Part shown: piece by piece, positions 9,687 through 17,140 of the stretch
Layout of the letters: every line of letters begins with the position of its first letter
Position numbering within the stretch: the first letter of the stretch is position 1
IMG/VR virus record: IMGVR_UViG_3300024346_000012
DNA: 64,000 nucleotides
Strand: one strand, 5' to 3'
From: a virus
The notes under the pieces: model-generated
What the model saw: only the letters and a program-made list of their open reading frames with translations
Databases searched by the model: none
Told to the model about the DNA's origin: nothing
Position numbers and translations under genes: made by a program

Positions 9687-10681
9687 TAAGCTATGTGTCC
9701 AGCACTTTTTAACGTGGATAAGGGATCTGATTGCGAATCAAATTTGTGCGATTGCGTTACTACCTTTTTACCGTTATGATGAAAGTTAACTGAACCTCCT
9801 GCAGTGTGAGTAATCTTTAGCTTATGAGGTTCTTTGCGAATGGCCGCAAATATATGTTCATGATCTTTTCCTGGATTTGCTGATTTGGTCTGAACACCTT
9901 TAGAAGAACGCCATGTCGTGTGCTTAATATGGTCGTGTCCTTTTGATTGCATCGGAGTAGATTTTGCATGCATAACTTGACGCATATGATCTATAACGTG
10001 GTCTACATGGCCAACACGAATCCTAGCATTAAGCTCTCTCGCTTGCTTTTTAGCAACGTCTCCTAGAAACTTTTTATTAGAGGCTTTGATATCAGCATGA
10101 GCTTTAGGATTTTCTTTTGCCCAATCTTTTCTACTCTGTTTATTAGACGTAGTTGCTAAACCTTTATGTCTATCTGCAATAGCTTTCTTATGCGCAGTTC
10201 CTAATCTTGCGGCCTTACGTCCGCCTGAAGTCTGCCCTAAACTCGAAGCAGGAACCTTAGATGTTTTTTTAGATACCTTCAAAGATATCCCTATCTGTTT
10301 ACCTTTATGGGTTGTAACCATAATATCAGAAGGATCTTCTTTTTGAGAAGACTTAACTCCAGTTACTCTCTCTACGTCCCCTGGTTTTGAAGTCCAATGT
10401 ACATGTTTTATGGTATGGCCTGCTTTTTTAACCTGCCTTTTTATATCTTCAGCTGCTACTTTAGCTTTTTCCAGATGATCTTTTACCAGTGCATCACCGC
10501 CATGTGCTTTAGCTGCTTTTTCTAATTTATCATGTGCATCCTTAGATGATTCACCTGGCCGTCCCTTTGGATCGTGCATATGTTTACCGTTCGATAAATG
10601 CTTACCCACCAGTATTTCATGATAGACACCAGCTTCGTTATTACCAAAGCCTTCTGATAAAAATTTTATAAAAGAATGCAT
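9686..10681 (-). CDS. PD-(D/E)xK-fold nuclease-like protein
   Basis: YHE helix, DPSDIMV and IGISLK motifs; MHSFIKFLSE start. Confidence 0.55.
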   Translation of the reverse strand: MHSFIKFLSEGFGNNEAGVYHEILVGKHLSNGKHMHDPKGRPGESSKDAHDKLEKAAKAHGGDALVKDHLEKAKVAAEDIKRQVKKAGHTIKHVHWTSKPGDVERVTGVKSSQKEDPSDIMVTTHKGKQIGISLKVSKKTSKVPASSLGQTSGGRKAARLGTAHKKAIADRHKGLATTSNKQSRKDWAKENPKAHADIKASNKKFLGDVAKKQARELNARIRVGHVDHVIDHMRQVMHAKSTPMQSKGHDHIKHTTWRSSKGVQTKSANPGKDHEHIFAAIRKEPHKLKITHTAGGSVNFHHNGKKVVTQSHKFDSQSDPLSTLKSAGHIA

Positions 10682-10706
10682 GTTAGAACCTCTAAAGTAT
10701 ATAGTG

Positions 10707-10714
10707 TATTTATA
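10707..10714 (-). promoter_or_regulatory. T4-type late promoter TATAAATA
   Basis: Exact consensus just upstream of the ATG at 10681. Confidence 0.8.
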
Positions 10715-10716
10715 AT

Positions 10717-10740
10717 AAAAAAAAGAGGCAAAAGCCTCTA
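10717..10740 (-). terminator. Intrinsic terminator
   Basis: AGAGGC-TTTT-GCCTCT followed by a T run. Confidence 0.75.
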
Positions 10741-10748
10741 AATTTAGT

Positions 10749-10931
10749 CTACAAACGGTTGATGTAAAGCTTATCTCTCTTTTTTACAACTTTGTACTCA
10801 TATTGATCGTAACCAGAATCTTTTAGATCTTGATTAAGATTATCTACCCATTTTTCGTATTCATCAATGCGATCAGCAGGTTCAAGAACCCCTAACAACG
10901 AGGGGTTCTTTTTATCATTTATAATTTTCAT
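10749..10931 (-). CDS. Hypothetical protein
   Basis: 60-aa ORF with ATGA overlap to the DUF932 gene. Confidence 0.55.
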   Translation of the reverse strand: MKIINDKKNPSLLGVLEPADRIDEYEKWVDNLNQDLKDSGYDQYEYKVVKKRDKLYINRL

Positions 10932-11884
10932 GCTGCTGTCGCAAATTCTACTGCTTTGTTAGCAGCATTAATTTTTCGTCCTTGATTGTAACCAAACCAT
11001 TGGTTATTCAAACGACTCTCTGCACTACGACCTTGAATGTGGTCAGTCATATATGTAACAGAGTTAAATGCCTGCCACCAAGTTCCTTGACCAAACTCTG
11101 CACCAGGCTGAGTTTCGATGTTGGAAGCTGCTAACTGAGCTGTACGTGATAAATCATCGAACGCTGAAACAGTACGCTGCTCACGATGTGGGAATACTTC
11201 GTTATAGTATTGAATCAGCGATTCTGCGTTATAACGACGAGTTGACAAGAATTCTGCCATCTCTTTATACTGTGCAAACTTTTCAGAAGCAAGTCCCATT
11301 TGCTCTTTAACCATATCAGCATCGAAGACTGAACGATGGCCAACTTTTACAAAGTTTTTAGACTTTGAATTTAAAGAAAATGTGAGCGTGTTATTGCATA
11401 CAACACGAATGGGAGTAAAGCGAATATCAACAGCTTTACCATATTGGTGAGGATTGCTAAACAAAAGATAGGAGTCAACTTGGTCTTCGCCGAGAATAGT
11501 GAAAGACTCTTTGACTTTTGCGAGAGCGAATACATTTTTTCCATCCTTTAAAGATCCTGCCACATTCATTTCCATATCACCTGCCATTACGAAATCTGAG
11601 AAGAATTCGAAAGCTTGTGTATTTTGTACAGGATTCCAGTCGTCACCGACCATATCTAAAACTGAACCGTCAGAAGAACGAACCAAAGCTTTTTTACCAG
11701 GAATTTTTACACCTGATACTGTTTGTACTTCTTCTTTTTCAACTGTCCAATCAAGGCCAGCTTTTACCATAATCTGCTCAGGTGTCATATCGTTCCGAAC
11801 TTCAACACCAAGACCGTGCCAAGGTACATCACCAACGTATGCTAGTTGAGCTTGACCGTTAATCATTTCTACTTCGTGTGCCAT
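10928..11884 (-). CDS. DUF932 / phage-plasmid TIGR03299-like protein
   Basis: PWHGLG, AGLDWTV, PVQN, TPIRVVCNNT and GTWWQAFNSVTY motifs. Confidence 0.85.
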   Translation of the reverse strand: MAHEVEMINGQAQLAYVGDVPWHGLGVEVRNDMTPEQIMVKAGLDWTVEKEEVQTVSGVKIPGKKALVRSSDGSVLDMVGDDWNPVQNTQAFEFFSDFVMAGDMEMNVAGSLKDGKNVFALAKVKESFTILGEDQVDSYLLFSNPHQYGKAVDIRFTPIRVVCNNTLTFSLNSKSKNFVKVGHRSVFDADMVKEQMGLASEKFAQYKEMAEFLSTRRYNAESLIQYYNEVFPHREQRTVSAFDDLSRTAQLAASNIETQPGAEFGQGTWWQAFNSVTYMTDHIQGRSAESRLNNQWFGYNQGRKINAANKAVEFATAA

Positions 11885-11912
11885 TATATAATCTCCATCA
11901 TTTGATAAGTAT

Positions 11913-11941
11913 ATCTTACTACATTACAAACTGTTTGTACA
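11913..11941 (-). promoter_or_regulatory. Sigma70-like early promoter TGTACA-N17-TAAGAT
   Basis: Member of a promoter family repeated across the window. Confidence 0.7.
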
Positions 11942-11960
11942 CAGTTAATTTCACTTTTTT

Positions 11961-12176
11961 TTAAATTTTTTCGATGTTTTTATGGGGATATGAAAGTTGG
12001 TCGCACAATTTTTGAATAGAATCGAGAGAATTAGATGTGAAATCGCATAAGTGATTTCCGCCGGCAGGGCCGAGAGGTTGGAATTTTGATAGAATACAAT
12101 TGTGTTCGGAAGCGAATTGTTTAATTTCGGATTGTGTTGCGGTATGTGCGATATCGGTTTGTATAGTGTAAGTCAT
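11961..12176 (-). CDS. Hypothetical early protein
   Basis: GPAGGN motif; AGGAG RBS; own promoter. Confidence 0.65.
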   Translation of the reverse strand: MTYTIQTDIAHTATQSEIKQFASEHNCILSKFQPLGPAGGNHLCDFTSNSLDSIQKLCDQLSYPHKNIEKI

Positions 12177-12199
12177 GTTTATCTCCTATTGATAAGTAT

Positions 12200-12228
12200 A
12201 CTCTACACTGTTACAAACCATATGTACA
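12200..12228 (-). promoter_or_regulatory. Sigma70-like early promoter TGTACA-N17-TAGAGT
   Basis: Shares TATACTTATCA and GTTTGTAA with the promoter at 11913. Confidence 0.7.
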
Positions 12229-12302
12229 CGTTTATTTTTTTAATAGCGCAAAAGTTAGCACTACCATTTTATAGATAAGTTATCTTATGTAAAGGAGTAG
12301 CT

Positions 12303-12554
12303 ATGTGTACGCCATTCGTTCGTAAAGAAGCCAATCGACTTAACTGGCTAGTTAAGGGGCAACTAATCAACATAAACGAATCAGACGCCACTGTTGAACA
12401 GTTATACGATTCATATTTTAAAAGACTTTGGAATAACACTGAAAGAAGCGAATACGGTTCGATCGGATTTGAAACAGCTTACAAGCAACGAGAAGTAGAA
12501 GTATATAATAGAGAAATAACTAAGGTTGCTGTATTAGGTGGTCACTATGACTAG
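12303..12554 (+). CDS. Hypothetical protein (only convincing plus-strand gene)
   Basis: AAAGGAG RBS before the ATG; fills an otherwise empty gap. Confidence 0.7.
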   Translation: MCTPFVRKEANRLNWLVKGQLININESDATVEQLYDSYFKRLWNNTERSEYGSIGFETAYKQREVEVYNREITKVAVLGGHYD

Positions 12555-12817
12555 CCTTCTGACCATTCATCTCCAGGACTTGTTCCAGTAATAGCATTGC
12601 CGAATTCTGCAGCGGCCCATGTCATTACTAAAATAGCAAGTAATCCAATAAAAACCCATTTCATTTTCATGTCATCGACTATCATCTTAATGCCGATCAT
12701 TTCATTACCTAAAACTCGGAATTGAAGTTCCATTTTACCTTCTGGTGTATCTTCATCTCTAATTGCATGCGGCGCTTTAGCTACTAGTTTAGCTTTAACT
12801 TTTTCTTCTTCGGCCAT
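12551..12817 (-). CDS. Small single-TM membrane protein
   Basis: WVFIGLLAILVMTWAAA helix; last gene of the exported-protein operon. Confidence 0.65.
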   Translation of the reverse strand: MAEEEKVKAKLVAKAPHAIRDEDTPEGKMELQFRVLGNEMIGIKMIVDDMKMKWVFIGLLAILVMTWAAAEFGNAITGTSPGDEWSEG

Positions 12818-12828
12818 TTAGATCTCCG

Positions 12829-13407
12829 TTAGTTTGCTAGTGGATTATTTAGGGCTCTTTGTAATTTATCATTTAATAGAGTATCAAGCTCTCTCATGTC
12901 TCTCTCGATCATCGCTCGCAGTGATTCTAAGTCGCGTTCTACTTTAGTTTCTAGATCGTTCATACGACTGTTATTTGAGTTTCTTAAACTATTCGCCTTT
13001 GTGTCATAATCATTAGATAATGCGTCTCGCTTGTTTTCAAAGCGCTCTTCTGCATTCTGTACAATCTCTCTTGTCGTTTGCTCGCTTTCCCGCAACTCAT
13101 CTTCTGTGCGATCCACTTGCTTTTCAATACCAAGTATATCATCTCTAAGACCAGTTTTAATATCACGAGTATATTCAATGGCCTCGTTAATACGAACCAT
13201 ATTTTCTTCCATTCTAAGAATAACTTTTTCGTTTTCGGCTGCAATAGAATCTACATCAATATTTTCTACAATCTCTTTCATATTTCTATAATCATTGTAG
13301 AACTCAAAGCCTCCCCAAGCTGCGCCACCTAACGTTGATAGCGCCGTAAGAACAGCAAACATCTTGCCGCCTTTAAACTTAACTCCTCCAAATTCTAGCT
13401 CTGACAT
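12829..13407 (-). CDS. Membrane-anchored long coiled-coil protein
   Basis: N-terminal TM helix followed by a long heptad region. Confidence 0.7.
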   Translation of the reverse strand: MSELEFGGVKFKGGKMFAVLTALSTLGGAAWGGFEFYNDYRNMKEIVENIDVDSIAAENEKVILRMEENMVRINEAIEYTRDIKTGLRDDILGIEKQVDRTEDELRESEQTTREIVQNAEERFENKRDALSNDYDTKANSLRNSNNSRMNDLETKVERDLESLRAMIERDMRELDTLLNDKLQRALNNPLAN

Positions 13408-13417
13408 TTATTAACTC

Positions 13418-13843
13418 CTAGTTCTCAAATGTGCTTGCTTCAGAATTGTTTAAACGTCTTAACGCTTCCAGTTCTTGTTGCAGCTTTAGCACTTCTAATC
13501 TTTTTTTTCTCAGCTCTAATTGATACAAGCTGTTACAATTAATTCTTTCTTTAGGCTTATCGAGTGGTATAACTATTCTAGCATATACTCCAACATCCTT
13601 TTCAGTGTTACCGTAATCTGGAGAGTTGAATGGACTACTATAGTTATCGATAACGCCTGTTATACCAAACTCAAAATTTGTGGCGCCGCCAATAGAATTT
13701 GAGCAGTTTAAGTCTCCAGCTTTGATGCTATCACTACCATATGAGACAGAAGCTCCAGGTAGTGTTAGTCCAATCCCACTGTTATCTGCTAATGCTGTAA
13801 TAGGAAACATTGATAAGGTTAATAATATAATACACTTTTTCAT
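13418..13843 (-). CDS. Exported protein with Cys-flanked beta-hairpin and C-terminal coiled coil
   Basis: Signal peptide ending ALA; amphipathic strands NFEFGITG and VGVYARIVIPL. Confidence 0.65.
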   Translation of the reverse strand: MKKCIILLTLSMFPITALADNSGIGLTLPGASVSYGSDSIKAGDLNCSNSIGGATNFEFGITGVIDNYSSPFNSPDYGNTEKDVGVYARIVIPLDKPKERINCNSLYQLELRKKRLEVLKLQQELEALRRLNNSEASTFEN

Positions 13844-14247
13844 TCACCTAGCCTTTTTATCTTTGAGCAAATCCTAGAAGACACTATAGTTCGCGTTTCA
13901 TATGACCTACGCAGTTTCGATTTAGAGCATATATACCTTACTTTTTTTCTATCAATATTACGTATAAACAGCTCGTTTGTTACTGTGCTTAAAAAGGGGA
14001 CTGGAAAGATTTTGTATGTAGAAACAAACGGTATTGATTCCCAATCTTCTGTAAATACCCCAATTTCATAATACTCAACTTCTGGTCTTTTATTGAATAT
14101 TGTTACCTTTGTTTTATATAGCCCTTGTATATGAGATGGTTCCAATTTTGGGTATGTTGGAACCATCTCATGGGCCTTAACACTTAAAGCGCATGTTAAA
14201 AAAATAGCTATAAAGACTGAGAATAAACCATAACGTAGCATAGTCAT
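13840..14247 (-). CDS. Exported fimbrial chaperone-like (PapD-N-like single domain) protein
   Basis: Signal peptide VKA/HEMVPTY; VTIFN and YEIGV strand pattern; adjacent to the pilin-like gene. Confidence 0.45.
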   Translation of the reverse strand: MTMLRYGLFSVFIAIFLTCALSVKAHEMVPTYPKLEPSHIQGLYKTKVTIFNKRPEVEYYEIGVFTEDWESIPFVSTYKIFPVPFLSTVTNELFIRNIDRKKVRYICSKSKLRRSYETRTIVSSRICSKIKRLGE

Positions 14248-14250
14248 TTC

Positions 14251-14775
14251 CTACTTTGCAATACACTCAGCTTCTACTAATGCAGTGTAGTTTCCGCCGG
14301 GAAATGCTCTTGAACCTCCAAGAGTAGCTTTTGACTCTGTTTCAAACCATGTAGAACCAACAACAGTTAGGTCATACTTATCTACCATTCCTAGTTCCTG
14401 CTTACCAGTTTCGTACCCACTCATTCCTGTCGCATCTGATAGCGTTTTAACAGTTGTATCTCCAGTCCAAGTTACAGTGTCAGGTAAAGTTGGGCTGTTT
14501 GAAAATGACGATGGTGCAGTAATATTAACATAATATGAATCGGCCAGTGTTACATCAACGCGAATTACAGCGTTGTTCCCACCAGCTGTTGCGGCTGTAT
14601 TTAATTCATACGCATTAGGGTTGCCGTATGTTCCTGCGGTATCTGCTTGAATTACACAACGCGATTGAACAGTGCCGTTAATAGGAACTGATCCTTCTTG
14701 TTGTGCTAAAGCCTGACTTGCCACAACCATAGTAGATAGTGCAAACAGACTAGTCTTAATTTTAAACATATTCAT
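14251..14775 (-). CDS. Exported chaperone-usher pilin-like subunit
   Basis: Signal peptide ALA/QQ; N-terminal GSVPINGTVQSRCVI; C-terminal PGGNYTALVEAEC. Confidence 0.55.
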   Translation of the reverse strand: MNMFKIKTSLFALSTMVVASQALAQQEGSVPINGTVQSRCVIQADTAGTYGNPNAYELNTAATAGGNNAVIRVDVTLADSYYVNITAPSSFSNSPTLPDTVTWTGDTTVKTLSDATGMSGYETGKQELGMVDKYDLTVVGSTWFETESKATLGGSRAFPGGNYTALVEAECIAK

Positions 14776-14786
14776 ATTATGTTTCC

Positions 14787-15695
14787 TTAGTTCTCTTCGT
14801 TTATTTGATATTGCATCTCAACCATCTGGTTGTGCAATAACTGTTGGGCTAGTCCATTACGTAATCCATTCTTTGAGTCTGGCAACTTTGAATCTGCCAG
14901 TACCACGCTATCTTTATATTCTCCGCCTGGTATTTTCATTACTAGATATGTCTTATTTATCTCGTTTTGCATATTGTTATTCATTTGTTCTATTATAGAA
15001 TTCTCAGCTAAAAGTTGAGAAGCTTGCAGATCTGACAAAACCTTTTCAAGTCTGTACCTTCTTTTACGCTCTTCCTCTTCTTCTTCATCTTCTTCTTTTG
15101 CTTTAGCCTTATTTATCTTATCTTGTTCGATTGTTTTATTTCGTTCCATGTTAACATTATCGTCATCGAATACATCATAAACATCTTCTAAGCCAACTTC
15201 TGGTATGTCAGGGATTGGCTCTACATATCCTGGGCAGTTAGTATTAAACTGCGGATTAAAACAAGGATCGACTCTATACGTATATACTATACTTGCATCG
15301 TATACTGATCCGTTGCCATCTACATCTATGCTTCCCTCTCCCCATAATGCTCTGGGTAAATTGCCTACTGGAACTGCTTTACTAATTCCAGTACCGGCTA
15401 CTGATCCTGGTTTCCACTCGTCAGTCTCTCTAAAAATATAACCAGTGGCATTAGCATTTTCATTCTGCACATGTACTGTTACCCATTCACCAGTTTCTTT
15501 CTGTATCTTATAACTGTATATTACATTCTGTATATCTAATCCAGATGGATCAGGCAATATGTTTGGCATAGACCAAGCGAGAGATTGGTCCGTTATAGCA
15601 TTTCCAGTATACCCAAAGTACGGAGCAATACTTTCAGAGTAAGAGTAAGAGGGCGATAATACCAGCGCTAACGGCAGGAGCAGCTTTTTCAGCAT
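14787..15695 (-). CDS. Exported protein with beta-rich domain, C-x8-CPGY motif and acidic helical tail
   Basis: Signal peptide MLKKLLLPLALVL; DPCFNPQFNTNCPGY. Confidence 0.65.
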   Translation of the reverse strand: MLKKLLLPLALVLSPSYSYSESIAPYFGYTGNAITDQSLAWSMPNILPDPSGLDIQNVIYSYKIQKETGEWVTVHVQNENANATGYIFRETDEWKPGSVAGTGISKAVPVGNLPRALWGEGSIDVDGNGSVYDASIVYTYRVDPCFNPQFNTNCPGYVEPIPDIPEVGLEDVYDVFDDDNVNMERNKTIEQDKINKAKAKEEDEEEEEERKRRYRLEKVLSDLQASQLLAENSIIEQMNNNMQNEINKTYLVMKIPGGEYKDSVVLADSKLPDSKNGLRNGLAQQLLHNQMVEMQYQINEEN

Positions 15696-16224
15696 CTATA
15701 GGTCCCATCAAATTAAGTTCTTTTTCAGTTTCTTCAACGTGAGTTTCCCAACCCAACTTAGCAGCATCACCGATTAAACCATTATACGGGCATGGCGTAC
15801 CAGCATTCATCATTGCCTTAAACACGTTTTCATCTTGACACATAGTTGATACCGCAGCCACTTTCATTCCCATATCATATAAGACTTTTGCATTTTTTAA
15901 TCTTTTACAATTCTCTTCAGTATAAGTGCCTCCTGCAGATATGCCTAAAATCTGAGTTTGTACTGAAGCAGAAGCTCCGATAGTACACAGATCAGAATTA
16001 TTACCTGCACTAAATTGTGGCGCAATCGCAGAAGGAGGAGGTTGTTTTATGGTTGTGGTCATTTGACCATCAGTTGTTATATTGGAATCAGTCCCTGATA
16101 ATGTGCAGACATACCCGACAGGACATTCTGCTGCATCTTGGGCTTTAACCTGAATAGCAACTATCAATAGCGTAAACAAACTTAATGCCATTAACAAAAA
16201 TAATCTATGCAACTTTTTATACAT
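15634..16224 (-). CDS. Exported Cys-rich protein with Cys-flanked beta-hairpin and hydrophobic C-tail
   Basis: Signal peptide; PPPSAIAP; CTIGASASVQTQILGISAGGTYTEENC; AGTPCP. Confidence 0.65.
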   Translation of the reverse strand: MYKKLHRLFLLMALSLFTLLIVAIQVKAQDAAECPVGYVCTLSGTDSNITTDGQMTTTIKQPPPSAIAPQFSAGNNSDLCTIGASASVQTQILGISAGGTYTEENCKRLKNAKVLYDMGMKVAAVSTMCQDENVFKAMMNAGTPCPYNGLIGDAAKLGWETHVEETEKELNLMGPIDAEKAAPAVSAGIIALLLLL

Positions 16225-16256
16225 TTAAATACCACCAATCATTGTAAGTCATACAG

Positions 16257-16264
16257 TATTTATA
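16257..16264 (-). promoter_or_regulatory. T4-type late promoter of the exported-protein operon
   Basis: Exact TATAAATA about 30 nt upstream of 16224. Confidence 0.8.
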
Positions 16265-16268
16265 TACC

Positions 16269-16625
16269 TTATAGATCTTCTTTTGTTTTTATTTTATCCC
16301 ACGGCTGAGGTCCAGCATATGGCTCCCACTCTGCTCCAGCAATAATTAAGCATGACATTGGAGGCTTGTCTCCATTGGGAAAAGATAAGACAACAGCTAA
16401 AGTACCAGTGTCTTGGTTTAAGAATATTCCAGCTTCGGAAGTAAATGTCTTTCCATTTTTAGCAGATATTGTACCTGTTCCACTAAGCAATAAAGAGTTC
16501 TTATACTGTATCATTATTCTCATTACTTCGGGCGATGGATCGCATGGCACATTTATTTGTAACATATCAGCGTGCGCTGGAGCACAAGCAGTGATGAATC
16601 CTAAGGCCAATAATAGTTTTTTCAT
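16269..16625 (-). CDS. Exported hypothetical protein
   Basis: Likely start MKKLLLALG after AAAGGA RBS; AHA/D signal cleavage site; paired Cys. Confidence 0.65.
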   Translation of the reverse strand: MKKLLLALGFITACAPAHADMLQINVPCDPSPEVMRIMIQYKNSLLLSGTGTISAKNGKTFTSEAGIFLNQDTGTLAVVLSFPNGDKPPMSCLIIAGAEWEPYAGPQPWDKIKTKEDL

Positions 16626-16643
16626 AGTATAGTCCTTTCTCAT

Positions 16644-16673
16644 AAAAAAAAGGGGGGCTCACCATGGCCCCCC
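16644..16673 (-). terminator. Intrinsic terminator
   Basis: GGGGGGC-loop-GCCCCCC followed by T8. Confidence 0.85.
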
Positions 16674-16702
16674 GCGCACTTATTAAGTAAGTGACCCTAT
16701 GG

Positions 16703-16710
16703 TATTTATA
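16703..16710 (-). promoter_or_regulatory. T4-type late promoter TATAAATA
   Basis: Exact consensus right after the OMP stop codon. Confidence 0.65.
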
Positions 16711-17103
16711 TCAGAAGGCGAAAGTAGCACCTACTTTAGTAGCTACATTGTCTGATGCGTCAAAATCCCAAGTTGTTTCACCGAACAACTCAAAGCCGCC
16801 AAACACTTCATATGTGGCACCAAGATTGACTTTTGGGTCGTCAAACGCGTTGCTCAATTGAAACTCTTCATTGTTATAAACTGGCAAGTCCATATCAGCT
16901 GACAAGCCAATACCGAACATTGAATAACCGATTTCAGGAGTTACCTTTACACCGAAATCATCTACTGCGTTACCTGCAGCATCGTTAATTGTGTATGCTG
17001 CTTCTGATGTTACACCCCAAGTGATGCCTGTTCCACCGATCTCATTGGCTGAGACTGATGTTGCCGTTACTAAAGCGGCTGCTGCGATTGCTGCGATTTT
17101 CAT
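16711..17103 (-). CDS. Small outer-membrane beta-barrel protein
   Basis: Signal peptide; alternating amphipathic strands; C-terminal KVGATFAF beta-signal ending in Phe. Confidence 0.75.
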   Translation of the reverse strand: MKIAAIAAAALVTATSVSANEIGGTGITWGVTSEAAYTINDAAGNAVDDFGVKVTPEIGYSMFGIGLSADMDLPVYNNEEFQLSNAFDDPKVNLGATYEVFGGFELFGETTWDFDASDNVATKVGATFAF

Positions 17104-17140
17104 TTTCTTTTTTCCTAGATTAAATTAAACATTATAAAAG

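Noticed and set aside
9686-10681. Homing endonuclease or mobile element
   Set aside because: No GIY-YIG, HNH or LAGLIDADG motif and no interrupted gene; it has a late promoter and a capsid-targeting N-terminus
15065-15100. TCT/TCC triplet run
   Set aside because: It simply encodes a poly-Glu stretch; not an independent repeat element
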